Positions 1-8,850 of a stretch of 36,395 nt of DNA are shown in pieces. The stretch covers positions 1 through 36,395 of the forward strand of contig JAZNGO010000104.1 in assembly GCA_045576515.1 (NCBI GenBank), written 5' to 3'. How positions within the stretch are numbered: position 1 is the first letter of the stretch; every line of letters begins with the position of its first letter. A program made the position numbers and the translations under genes. The DNA comes from Candidatus Nanosyncoccus sp. GTDB taxonomy: Bacteria > Patescibacteriota > Saccharimonadia > Saccharimonadales > Saccharimonadaceae. The notes beneath the pieces were generated by a model that was given only the letters and a program-made list of their open reading frames with translations, was not told where the DNA came from and ran no database searches.

Positions 1-2
1 CA

Positions 3-1634
3 GGTACAGAATATGCAGATGAGGCAGAGTTCATTGCACCAAATGAATCAGCAGACATCACTCTATATGCCCAATGGGCTTACTATACTACCATTACCTT
101 TGATGGCAATGGTGCTACTAGTGGCACTATGTCACCACAGACAGTAGTAGCAGGTACCCCACAGAACCTTACAAAGAATACATTCGTGAGGACCAACGCT
201 ACCTTCATAGGCTGGAATACACAGGCTAGTGGCAGCGGTACTAGCTACAGCGATGGAGCAGAATACATAGCTAGTACACAATACCCAGAAGACATCACCC
301 TCTATGCCCAGTGGGCTTACACTACCATCAGCTTCAATGGCAACACTAGTGACTCTGGCACCATGAATCCTATTACCATAGCCGGTGGTACTACATCCAA
401 TCTCCCAGCCAAAGCATTTACCAAAAACAACTGTATCTTCACTGGCTGGAATACAGAAGCAAGTGGTACTGGCATAAGCTATGGCAATAGTACGCCTTAC
501 ACTGCTAATGCTACAGCAAAAGAAGAATTCACCCTCTATGCTCAGTGGCAATGTATTTCCCAAGTAAACTACTATGGTAATGGCGCTACTAGTGGAGAAA
601 TGGCTTCTAGCATCATACTAGGTGGCTCTACACTCACCTTCCCACAAAACTCATACGCTAAGGATGGCTATATCTTTAACGGCTGGAACACACAGCCAAA
701 TGGTACTGGCACCTCCTACCCAGACCAAGGCTCATTCACCGCTCCTATGACTCCAGCTACTACACTAGACCTTTATGCGCAGTGGGAAAAATTACCAACC
801 TACATGCAGGATGTAGCTACGTGGGGCAGTACATTAAGCCAAGGTGATACCATGGAAGCGGTAGATAAGCGCGATGGTAAAACCTACTATGTTTCTAGAC
901 TAGCAGACAATAAAATCTGGATGACCCAAAACCTAGACCTAGACCTCAAGACTGATGGCTCTATAGTCTACGATGCCACTACTACCAATATCTCTAGTGC
1001 CTGGACTCCAGCTAATGCCACCATTAGCTTTACTGGCACAAGTGTAAGTGGCTGGAGCAACAATGACAGCACACCATACTCTGCAGACCCAGGCCCACTA
1101 TTTATTTACTCTTCTGGTACTACTAGCAACGACGACCAGTACACTTCACTAGAGGCTTGCCAACAGGCCCACTCAGACTGTAGCATGCACAATCACGCTG
1201 GCAACTACTACAACTGGTCTGCCGCAGTAGCTATGAACGACACTTCAACTATAACTACCAACTATAGCAACGCCCCCGGCTCTATCTGCCCAGCTGGCTG
1301 GAGGCTACCTACTGGTAGGGATAGTGACAATACTGCCGCCAGTAGAGAATGGAATGCCCTGCTTTATGCTGAAGGTGTAGCCAGCAGCCCTACAGGCGAT
1401 GGCTATACTACAGACGGCTTTAACAAAATCCGCAAGAGCCCTTTGTGGCTAGCTCGGTCTGGGTACGTCTACAATGGCTCGCATTACGGTACCGGCAGCA
1501 GCGGTCGCTATTGGTCTAGTACGGTCGGTTCTAGTAGCAATTCGTACCTACTCTACTTCTATTCAGGCAGTGTTTACCCTGCCGACGGCGGTGGTAGGAG
1601 CGGCGGTTACTCCGTACGCTGTATTGCTCAGTAG
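3..1634 (+). CDS. 5'-truncated surface protein: tandem InlB-B/Listeria-Bacteroides repeats plus C-terminal FISUMP (Fib_succ_major, C-type lectin fold) domain
   Basis: Frame is open from position 3. Repeated ~78-aa units with F.GWNT...G.G..Y and TLYAQW. C-terminal domain with DKRDGKTY, WMTQNL, YYNW, SICPAGWRLP, YWSST and SVRC motifs. Confidence 0.85.
   Translation, partial: GTEYADEAEFIAPNESADITLYAQWAYYTTITFDGNGATSGTMSPQTVVAGTPQNLTKNTFVRTNATFIGWNTQASGSGTSYSDGAEYIASTQYPEDITLYAQWAYTTISFNGNTSDSGTMNPITIAGGTTSNLPAKAFTKNNCIFTGWNTEASGTGISYGNSTPYTANATAKEEFTLYAQWQCISQVNYYGNGATSGEMASSIILGGSTLTFPQNSYAKDGYIFNGWNTQPNGTGTSYPDQGSFTAPMTPATTLDLYAQWEKLPTYMQDVATWGSTLSQGDTMEAVDKRDGKTYYVSRLADNKIWMTQNLDLDLKTDGSIVYDATTTNISSAWTPANATISFTGTSVSGWSNNDSTPYSADPGPLFIYSSGTTSNDDQYTSLEACQQAHSDCSMHNHAGNYYNWSAAVAMNDTSTITTNYSNAPGSICPAGWRLPTGRDSDNTAASREWNALLYAEGVASSPTGDGYTTDGFNKIRKSPLWLARSGYVYNGSHYGTGSSGRYWSSTVGSSSNSYLLYFYSGSVYPADGGGRSGGYSVRCIAQ
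1449..1634 (+). other. Candidate diversity-generating retroelement (DGR) variable region
   Basis: Last ~60 codons of a CLec-fold gene. Positions expected to be Asn in a template are almost all NNY codons (TAC, AGC, GGT, CGC, GAC, GGC). A hairpin follows the stop. No template repeat or RT seen in the window. Confidence 0.6.
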
Positions 1635-1662
1635 TTAGCTAGTAGCGTTTCCGTTCTCGGTT

Positions 1663-1697
1663 TGTCTCCGCAACTCTTCCGCGGAGACATTTTTTTT
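1663..1697 (+). terminator. Intrinsic terminator (possibly also the DGR target hairpin)
   Basis: TGTCTCCGC / GCGGAGACA 9-bp stem followed by T8. Confidence 0.8.
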
Positions 1698-1738
1698 GGA
1701 AAATACAGACTCAAATGCTACGCCCCCTCTCTCCCAGC

Positions 1739-1766
1739 CAAAATGAGCGCCTCCGCGCTCATTTTG
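1739..1766. repeat. Perfect 12-bp inverted repeat upstream of the ftsK promoter
   Basis: CAAAATGAGCGC-ctcc-GCGCTCATTTTG. Confidence 0.7.
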
Positions 1767-1800
1767 CTACCCTATACCCCTTGTGCTTTTCGGTAAAATG

Positions 1801-1809
1801 TGCTATAAT
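1801..1809 (+). promoter_or_regulatory. Extended -10 promoter of ftsK (leaderless)
   Basis: TGcTATAAT ending 6 nt before ATG 1816; no SD. Confidence 0.7.
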
Positions 1810-1815
1810 GGCTAC

Positions 1816-4005
1816 ATGGCTAACAAAAAGCGCAAAAAAACATCCAACACCAAACGTCGCACGGCGAAATCTACCAGAGAGGTAAAGCCCGAACACGAGC
1901 TACCTGGTGGATTTTGGCGTCAAACAGCAGCCGTGCTGATGATCGCGCTTGCGCTTTTCTTTGTAATCACGTGGTTTGGCCACGGTGGCTCGGCACTCAA
2001 TGCCGTGCACGATACCACCAGCCAGGGCATAGGCCTAGCTACCTACTGTATACCAGTGCTCCTGGTATACCTAGCCGTACGCATATTTCGTAGCGAGGAC
2101 AACCGCGTAGCTATACCAGTATACATAGCTAGCGTACTCATGCTCCTATGGGTAGCCGGTATCGGCGCTATATGGGGCAATGGTGGTATAGTTGGCGGCT
2201 GGCTCAATGGCATTATGACCCAGGCGCTAGACCAAGCATTTGTCATTATTATATATATAGTACTAGTATTTATTACGCTGTGTTTTATACTACAGCTTTC
2301 GCCTATTACTATGTTTAAAGGCACCAAGAATATGGTAAAGCCGGGCAAAAAGGCCGCAGCCGAAGATGGCGAGGGTTCAAAGAAAAAGCTCGGACAATTG
2401 CAAATAAAAGTAAACTCCGGCCTAGGCGCCGCTGAGTCTGCCAAGCCCGCTGCAGCTAAGCTACTGCACAAGTCTGCTATCAAGCGCCCAGCTCCCGCGC
2501 CAGAGCCCGCCAAAGAGCCCACTGCTCTTACAGCGGTCTCCGACCCAGCCTGGAAAATGCCTTCTACTGATTTGCTCGAGAAAAAGCAATCCCCAGCCGA
2601 CGCTGGCAATATCCAGCAAAACGCCTACATTATTAAGTCTACCCTAGCAGAATTCGGCATAGAAGTAGAAATGGAAGGTGCCAATGTCGGGCCACGCGTT
2701 ACTCAGTATACCATGCGCCCACCTGCAGGTGTAAACCTCAGCAAAATACTCTCCCGTGACAAAGAGCTGGCACTCAACCTCGCCGTAGACAAGATACGTA
2801 TAGAAGCCCCCATCCCGGGCACTCGTTCGGTAGGTGTAGAGATACCCAATGCCCGCTCTGCCGACGTGCGCTTGCGTGGCGTACTAGAATCTAGCGAGTG
2901 GAAAAAATCCTCCGACCCGCTTACTTTTGCAGTAGGGAAAGACATCTCTGGCCGCGCCGTGGTAGCCAATCTTGCCAAGATGCCTCACCTTCTCATCGCC
3001 GGTACCACTGGCTCTGGTAAGTCTGTTATGACCAACACCCTCATTAGCTCCCTCTTATACCGCAATGCGCCGTCCGATATGAAGCTTATAATCGTAGACC
3101 CCAAGCAGGTAGAGATGGCCCAATACCAAGACATTCCTCACCTGCTTACGCCTATCATCACTAGCACCGAAAAGGCTCTCTCCGCCATGAAGTGGGCCGT
3201 GGGCGAAATGGAACGCCGCTACACCCTAATGGCCGAAGAAAAAGTCAAAAACATCGGCGACTACAATGCCAAAATGGCCAAGTCTACCGACCCGAAAGAT
3301 GGTAAAATGCCATATATAGTAATAATTATAGACGAGATGGCAGACCTTATGATGATGGCTGGCAAAGACCTAGAAATGCTAATAGTGCGTATAGCCCAAA
3401 AAGGTCGTGCTGCTGGTATACACCTAGTGCTTGCTACCCAGCGGCCAGAAGTAAAAGTTATTACCGGGCTTATCAAAGCTAACATCCCTGGGCGCATCGC
3501 TTTTGCGGTAGGCTCACAAATGGACTCTCGCATAATGCTAGACCAAGGTGGTGCCGAAAAGCTACTAGGTAAGGGCGACATGCTATTACTTACTACGGAG
3601 ATGATGGGCAAGCCTCGCCGTATTCAGGGCGCCTGGGCATCGGACGACGACATCGCCAAAGTCCCCGATTTCTTGCGCGCACAGCGTCCACCCGAGTACA
3701 ATTCCGAAGTAGTAGCCCAGCAAGTCGCCATCAAAGGCATGGGCGGTGGCGGTGGCGCCGGCGACCTAGGCCGTAGGTTTGACCCCAACGACCCTATCGT
3801 ACGCAAAGCCGTAGAAATATCCCTCAGCAAAGGCAAATTCTCCACCGCCATGCTCCAGACATACCTCGGCAAAGGTCACGGGTTTGTGTCTGGGCTAGCT
3901 ATATGGTTTGAGGAAATCGGCGTGATAGGCCCACAAAACGGCAATAAGCCCCGCGACCTCCTCATCTCCTCCATGGAGGAATTTGACACCTTGGCCAATG
4001 CCTAA
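1816..4005 (+). CDS. ftsK: DNA translocase FtsK/SpoIIIE
   Basis: N-terminal TM segments, PHLLIAGTTGSGKS Walker A, IIIDEMADLMM Walker B, LATQRP, GAEKLLGKGDML, C-terminal gamma domain. Start moved to ATG 1816. Confidence 0.95.
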   Translation: MANKKRKKTSNTKRRTAKSTREVKPEHELPGGFWRQTAAVLMIALALFFVITWFGHGGSALNAVHDTTSQGIGLATYCIPVLLVYLAVRIFRSEDNRVAIPVYIASVLMLLWVAGIGAIWGNGGIVGGWLNGIMTQALDQAFVIIIYIVLVFITLCFILQLSPITMFKGTKNMVKPGKKAAAEDGEGSKKKLGQLQIKVNSGLGAAESAKPAAAKLLHKSAIKRPAPAPEPAKEPTALTAVSDPAWKMPSTDLLEKKQSPADAGNIQQNAYIIKSTLAEFGIEVEMEGANVGPRVTQYTMRPPAGVNLSKILSRDKELALNLAVDKIRIEAPIPGTRSVGVEIPNARSADVRLRGVLESSEWKKSSDPLTFAVGKDISGRAVVANLAKMPHLLIAGTTGSGKSVMTNTLISSLLYRNAPSDMKLIIVDPKQVEMAQYQDIPHLLTPIITSTEKALSAMKWAVGEMERRYTLMAEEKVKNIGDYNAKMAKSTDPKDGKMPYIVIIIDEMADLMMMAGKDLEMLIVRIAQKGRAAGIHLVLATQRPEVKVITGLIKANIPGRIAFAVGSQMDSRIMLDQGGAEKLLGKGDMLLLTTEMMGKPRRIQGAWASDDDIAKVPDFLRAQRPPEYNSEVVAQQVAIKGMGGGGGAGDLGRRFDPNDPIVRKAVEISLSKGKFSTAMLQTYLGKGHGFVSGLAIWFEEIGVIGPQNGNKPRDLLISSMEEFDTLANA

Positions 4006-4015
4006 TAAATACCCC

Positions 4016-4167
4016 TGCATTGTTGCATAATTCATCGCGATTGAGGAACATTAAGGTAAAATCACCTTTAGGTGCATTTTGCCGCCGGAGGGGCGGAGCT
4101 TTGGTGTATAATCTCTGATTACACCAAAGCGTAGCTTCCGAAATGCGATGAATTATGCAACAACACC
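4016..4167 (+). repeat. ~150-nt structured intergenic element, copy 1 (ncRNA or MITE-like)
   Basis: Long terminal stem (TTGTTGCATAATTCATCGC ... GCGATGAATTATGCAACAA) enclosing three hairpins. Homologous in reverse orientation to 15908-16057. Confidence 0.85.
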
Positions 4168-4210
4168 GATATTATCCTCGCATTTTGCCAAAGTATGCTA
4201 TAATAACTAT

Positions 4211-4945
4211 ATGCAGGATGGGAGTATATCACCAGTTGGGAAATTTTTCCGCAGCAAATGGGTGTGGCTAATAGGCGCTATAGATATTATCATTATCATT
4301 ATTATTGTTGTTGTCGCTATCAGCGAGGCTGCCAAAACAGCTACCATCAGCTTTAATATTACGCCAATAGACGCCACTATCACTGTCAATGGCTCTGGAG
4401 GTTACAAAAACAGCGGCGAAGCTTTGGATAGTAATAATAGCAGTGGCGAGGCCTATTCTTTTGCCCCTGGCACCTACGAGATTCAAATCTCCCACGCCGA
4501 TCTAGACACTAAGACATTCATTGTTGATTTGGAGCCTAACAGCAATATCACTATTACCACATTCCTATCCCAAGACGGCCACTTCAGCTATTACACTCTC
4601 AAGGATAATTACAGCTCTTTCTATAGGTTAGCCAGTATGGCCTCCGCCGGGAACAATCAAACTACCGACCACGATGCCTCCGCCGAAGATTTTATAGATG
4701 ATTTTGAAAAGCAGTATGGTTTGTTTACTACTGAGCTTCCCATCAAATACAAAAAATCCGAAGGCTTTGGCAGGGAACTGCAAATTCTCATGGACGTTAC
4801 TATTCGTGCAGACTATAGTTGTGATATCACACTTTGCCTAGAGGCCTTAATGGTAGGCACAGATAGTAAAGACCTAGTCAAATCGCTGCTGCAAGAAAAA
4901 GGTTTTAATGTGGAGGATTATGAAATTAATTACACGATTTTCTAA
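4211..4945 (+). CDS. Membrane-anchored hypothetical protein with PEGA-like domain
   Basis: Hydrophobic N-terminal helix; PIDATITVNG...PGTYEIQISH PEGA-like pattern. TGcTATAAT ends 6 nt before ATG 4211. Confidence 0.65.
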   Translation: MQDGSISPVGKFFRSKWVWLIGAIDIIIIIIIVVVAISEAAKTATISFNITPIDATITVNGSGGYKNSGEALDSNNSSGEAYSFAPGTYEIQISHADLDTKTFIVDLEPNSNITITTFLSQDGHFSYYTLKDNYSSFYRLASMASAGNNQTTDHDASAEDFIDDFEKQYGLFTTELPIKYKKSEGFGRELQILMDVTIRADYSCDITLCLEALMVGTDSKDLVKSLLQEKGFNVEDYEINYTIF

Positions 4946-7532
4946 AAAACCACTTATCGCATGCGCCACTTTTTGTGCACTTGCGTTGGGTGTTTTTGCT
5001 GGAGTGCATTATTCTCACGCCCTCACAGACGAGCAGTACAAAGCCTATTCGGATGCCGATATCTACTTCTACTCCAACGATTGCGTCGGTGGCGGGAAAT
5101 TTGGCAATGTTTGTGGCAACAGTGCCGAAGAAAAAGTCTGGTCTATTTTGCGGCAAACACTCGATCCAATACACGCTGCCGCTGCATTTGGCAGTATAGC
5201 GCACGAAGGTGGCTTTCAGCCAGTAAAATGGGAGTACGGCAAAGTCGTAGACACTAGCACTTGTAGCTTTGTCGTTAGCTGGGATGGCCTGTATAATGGA
5301 GCCTACGACGGCAAATACGGTGTAGGCAGCTTTGGCCTTACTTCAGGGCTCAGCGATTATCTTCATTATGTCAACGACAACGCTCCAGATTTGCTAAAAT
5401 ATTTCAAAGACCCTGCCAATACATGCATCTCTAGCGGCGATGACCTCGCAGAAGAAATCGGCGAAAGCGAGTATAATCGCCTTATAGACTTAGAAGTAAA
5501 TTATTTCGTCAACGAGTGGATCCCCAAATACAAAGGAGATTCTATCTATGACGGTTTTCTTGCGACTACAGACTTGAGAGAAGCCGCCATGTACTGGGCA
5601 CACAACATCGAAGTTTGCTCTGCCTGTGGCTATGATGAGGGAGATAGTCAGCTCTACATTCGTGCTGACGCCGCCGAAGATTATTACAAGCAATACAAAG
5701 ATTTTACCTGCTCATCTGGTTCGCCTAGCTCATTTGGTTCTTCTAGCTCATCCACTAAATCTACCTCATCTACTTCATCCTCAAGCGATACCTCCTCTAG
5801 CACTCCTTCGCCCAGTTCAGTTTCTGGCAAGGACATCATTTGGATAGGGGATTCCGACTCAGTATTTGCTGGCGAAGATTTAATAGATGGTACCTTCCCG
5901 GGCATCAAAGATAGTGGGGGATGGGGTCCATCATTTGGCGATTCAAAATCATACGTTATGAGCTGTAAATACATTAGTGAATCTGGAGGTTGCGGCCTAG
6001 ACAACCCATCCGGCCTCGAAATTTTAGAGAAAATCATCAGCGAGAACGGCCTCCGGCCTTACCTAGTATTTGCGCTTGGCGGCAATGGTGGCTGGGACGA
6101 AACTAGTATGAAAAAATTCCTTGAGCTTATAGATGGCCAAGACGTCCAGGTGGTCATCACTACTGCCAAATACCGCACAGTAGATTATCCAGAGGGCAAT
6201 GCCTTAGCAAGAAAAACTGCCGAGGAGCACCCAAATATCTACTTGGCAGATATAGCAGCGAATTACAGCGATGATTACTTTAGCGACAATGACATAGAGT
6301 TCAATACCGAAGGCTCCGAAATGTTTATCCGCACCATTAAAGAAACCTTAGATCAAGCCAAAAACGGCGACTGCACCACCGGTGACTTTGTTTGGTACCC
6401 TCAATACATGGGCGAGTATAGTGGCATAGAAGTCGAAGTAAAAACAAGCCCAGACAGTTCCACGAAAGTAAAGACCACAATGGGCGATATTGGCTGTGGA
6501 CCGTTTTCCTTTGCTATGATGGCGAATATGCTCTTGCCACAAGAAATTACGCCAATAGACACCATGAAAATAGCCATAGACACAGATTCAATAGTCCTAG
6601 GCGGAAGCATTGGCACTGTACTCACCAAAAACCTAGCCGAACATTACGGTATGGAATGGGAGAAACTGGATAATTCCTCTACCGAAGCATCTATCAACGA
6701 CATTAATAAACACCTCAAAGAAGGATGGATGATAGAAACCGCTGGAGGCGGCAGTACCCCCTATACCCCCGGTGGGCACTATGTAGGCATACGTGGCATC
6801 GATAGCAATGGCAAATGGTTGCTCGCCGACCCAGGCCACTCAGAAGATGTGTCCCAACAACCTTGGGATCCTAAAGATGTCGTATCTGCAGGTATGAATA
6901 TTGATAACGTCTACGCATTCAGAACCACTGGCAGCACTCCGTGTAACGTTAATATGTGTAAGGGCGACAGCGGCACCGGCGTAGAGGCAAGTAAGCCTAT
7001 CGGCCCTATTCACGAGGATTCATCAGATGTTCCTTGTGATCCACGCACCAAAGACCTAGGCATTAGGGACGATGCTTATTACAACAATCAAAGATATTCC
7101 ATAAGGCTATGTTCCATACCAAATATCAAAATGACTGGCACTCAGGGCGATGATGGTGATGATGGCTACGTGCATGTAAACTCTAGAGTATCAGGCGCAT
7201 TCTACTCACTTAGCGAAGAGCACAACAAAAGATGCGGCAATTACCTCGAAGCCGTAGATGATTACAGAACCAATGCCGAGCAGACCGCATTTTACAACGC
7301 ATACCTCAGTGGAACCGGCAATCTAGCGGCTGCCCCGGGAAGCCAATTTGCTAATCACCAAGGAGGGCTAGCCATAGATTTCAACACATCCACTTATTGT
7401 AGTAGTGATCCTAGCGTAGCATCTGGGCCTAATGGCTGGTTCGAGCCAGACTTCTTGGCTAACTTTGGCCTCCAAGACGGTAGAAGGTTTTCGTCACCAG
7501 AAAACTGGCATGTGGATGCCCTGGAGGATTAG
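4920..7532 (+). CDS. Secreted multidomain putative cell-wall hydrolase (phage-tail-lysozyme-like + SGNH-like + C39-like cysteine peptidase + M15/VanY-like peptidase)
   Basis: Signal peptide; AAAAFGSIAHEGGFQP; Ser-rich linker; IWIGDS...LGGNG; GCGPFSFAMM...GHYVGIRG...ADP; RTNAEQ...AAPGS...HQGGLAID...ENWH. SD GGAGG before ATG 4920. Confidence 0.7.
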   Translation: MKLITRFSKKPLIACATFCALALGVFAGVHYSHALTDEQYKAYSDADIYFYSNDCVGGGKFGNVCGNSAEEKVWSILRQTLDPIHAAAAFGSIAHEGGFQPVKWEYGKVVDTSTCSFVVSWDGLYNGAYDGKYGVGSFGLTSGLSDYLHYVNDNAPDLLKYFKDPANTCISSGDDLAEEIGESEYNRLIDLEVNYFVNEWIPKYKGDSIYDGFLATTDLREAAMYWAHNIEVCSACGYDEGDSQLYIRADAAEDYYKQYKDFTCSSGSPSSFGSSSSSTKSTSSTSSSSDTSSSTPSPSSVSGKDIIWIGDSDSVFAGEDLIDGTFPGIKDSGGWGPSFGDSKSYVMSCKYISESGGCGLDNPSGLEILEKIISENGLRPYLVFALGGNGGWDETSMKKFLELIDGQDVQVVITTAKYRTVDYPEGNALARKTAEEHPNIYLADIAANYSDDYFSDNDIEFNTEGSEMFIRTIKETLDQAKNGDCTTGDFVWYPQYMGEYSGIEVEVKTSPDSSTKVKTTMGDIGCGPFSFAMMANMLLPQEITPIDTMKIAIDTDSIVLGGSIGTVLTKNLAEHYGMEWEKLDNSSTEASINDINKHLKEGWMIETAGGGSTPYTPGGHYVGIRGIDSNGKWLLADPGHSEDVSQQPWDPKDVVSAGMNIDNVYAFRTTGSTPCNVNMCKGDSGTGVEASKPIGPIHEDSSDVPCDPRTKDLGIRDDAYYNNQRYSIRLCSIPNIKMTGTQGDDGDDGYVHVNSRVSGAFYSLSEEHNKRCGNYLEAVDDYRTNAEQTAFYNAYLSGTGNLAAAPGSQFANHQGGLAIDFNTSTYCSSDPSVASGPNGWFEPDFLANFGLQDGRRFSSPENWHVDALED

Positions 7533-7573
7533 TGAGCAAGATAATATTTAATATCAGCAAGGAATCATAACAA

Positions 7574-8353
7574 ATGGAAAACAATCAAACCAATCGTCGT
7601 GTTAACCCCATTATTATCATAGTAGTTATTTTGCAAATAATCTTTATTATTTTTGCAGCCACCGCTATTTACAATTTGCTGCACCAAAACACCGAGGTGC
7701 CAAAAATGAGAATCAGCAACTACTCCGCATTACCACAGGGTGAGATTATTGGCAGTAGCAACACTTCAAACACCAAAAAAATAGATTTTACCCTTAGTGA
7801 CGAATCCAAGAGAACAATAGAAAGTGTAATCTACGAAGCAGCCTCGCTCAACAACAAAGGTGTTACGCCAAATAGTGGCGCCAAAATACGTGAGGGTTCT
7901 GCCCACTATGTATACATCCAAAGCATAAATAGTTACTTTCTAAATTTTATCGTAGATATGGAAGAGCTAGGCCAATCTTACCGTTTTGTGTGGTCCTTCG
8001 ACAACAACCCCTCCAAGCAGGGAACACCACCCGATGTTGTTATGCTAATGGCATTTTGCCCCAAGTCAGACGAGCTAATCTATGGTGATTTTGGTTGCAA
8101 AGATGCCTACGATGGCCACGGCCTAAACATAGCCGTCTACAATCTCTTGCGGTACAATCTGTTTAGTGATTTTACTGTAGGTTTATCCGATACCTATCTA
8201 TACGAGCCTCTTACTATCAGTATCAATACCAGCTCTGGTAGCGATTCCGCCAAAAGTGCCGCAGTAGAAGAAGTGTCGGCCTATCTAGCTGCCTTAGGCT
8301 TCGACCTAAATGATTTTGAATACAAAACAGACTTTATCGAGATAGCAAGATAA
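7574..8353 (+). CDS. Membrane-anchored hypothetical protein
   Basis: Single N-terminal TM helix; C-terminal LGFDLNDFEY motif resembles that of the 4211 protein. Confidence 0.7.
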   Translation: MENNQTNRRVNPIIIIVVILQIIFIIFAATAIYNLLHQNTEVPKMRISNYSALPQGEIIGSSNTSNTKKIDFTLSDESKRTIESVIYEAASLNNKGVTPNSGAKIREGSAHYVYIQSINSYFLNFIVDMEELGQSYRFVWSFDNNPSKQGTPPDVVMLMAFCPKSDELIYGDFGCKDAYDGHGLNIAVYNLLRYNLFSDFTVGLSDTYLYEPLTISINTSSGSDSAKSAAVEEVSAYLAALGFDLNDFEYKTDFIEIAR

Positions 8354-8374
8354 GCACCCTGCCAAGTCTACCCC

Positions 8375-8403
8375 TTGCACTTCACCTCATCTTATGCTAT
8401 AAT
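8375..8403 (+). promoter_or_regulatory. Sigma70 promoter of the rpsF operon
   Basis: TTGCAC-17 nt-TATAAT with TG extension. Confidence 0.75.
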
Positions 8404-8422
8404 TACATCATAATATTAGCTC

Positions 8423-8471
8423 AGCAAACGAGCCAACCTATGCAAGAGCATAGGCATCGGTAGCGTTTGCT
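8423..8471 (+). promoter_or_regulatory. Structured rpsF 5' leader (possible S6:S18 autoregulatory element)
   Basis: AGCAAACG/CGTTTGCT stem enclosing CCTATGC-aaga-GCATAGG, just before the AAGGAG SD. Confidence 0.4.
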
Positions 8472-8488
8472 TTAACCAAAGGAGTAGT

Positions 8489-8833
8489 ATGAAAGAATAC
8501 GAACTTTCTGTCTTGTTTCATCCCGACCTCGAGATAAACATAGACCCCGCCCTCGACAAGGTCCAAAAAATTGTCGAATCCGCAGGCGGCACTATTGACT
8601 CCGTGGAAGCCGATGGCAAAAAACGCCTCGCCTATCCTATCAAGGGTCAAGGGTTTGCTATGTACTATTACTATATAGTATCGCTCCCACCAGAAGCCCC
8701 TGCCAAAATTTCTTCGGTACTCAATATCACCGACGAAGTTTTGCGATACCTGCTCGTTCACAAAGACGAGCACCGGGCCAAGCCAGAAGCACAGCCCGCG
8801 GAGTCTGCAGAAGACACCAAAGAAACTAAATAA
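8489..8833 (+). CDS. rpsF: 30S ribosomal protein S6
   Basis: MKEYEL..LFHP, GKKRLAYPIK, VLRYL motifs; rpsF-ssb-rpsR synteny. Confidence 0.95.
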   Translation: MKEYELSVLFHPDLEINIDPALDKVQKIVESAGGTIDSVEADGKKRLAYPIKGQGFAMYYYYIVSLPPEAPAKISSVLNITDEVLRYLLVHKDEHRAKPEAQPAESAEDTKETK

Positions 8834-8850
8834 CAAGGAGATAATTTATT

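Noticed and set aside
5710..5826. Low-complexity TCN-rich tract
   Set aside because: Explained as the Ser-rich interdomain linker of the hydrolase.
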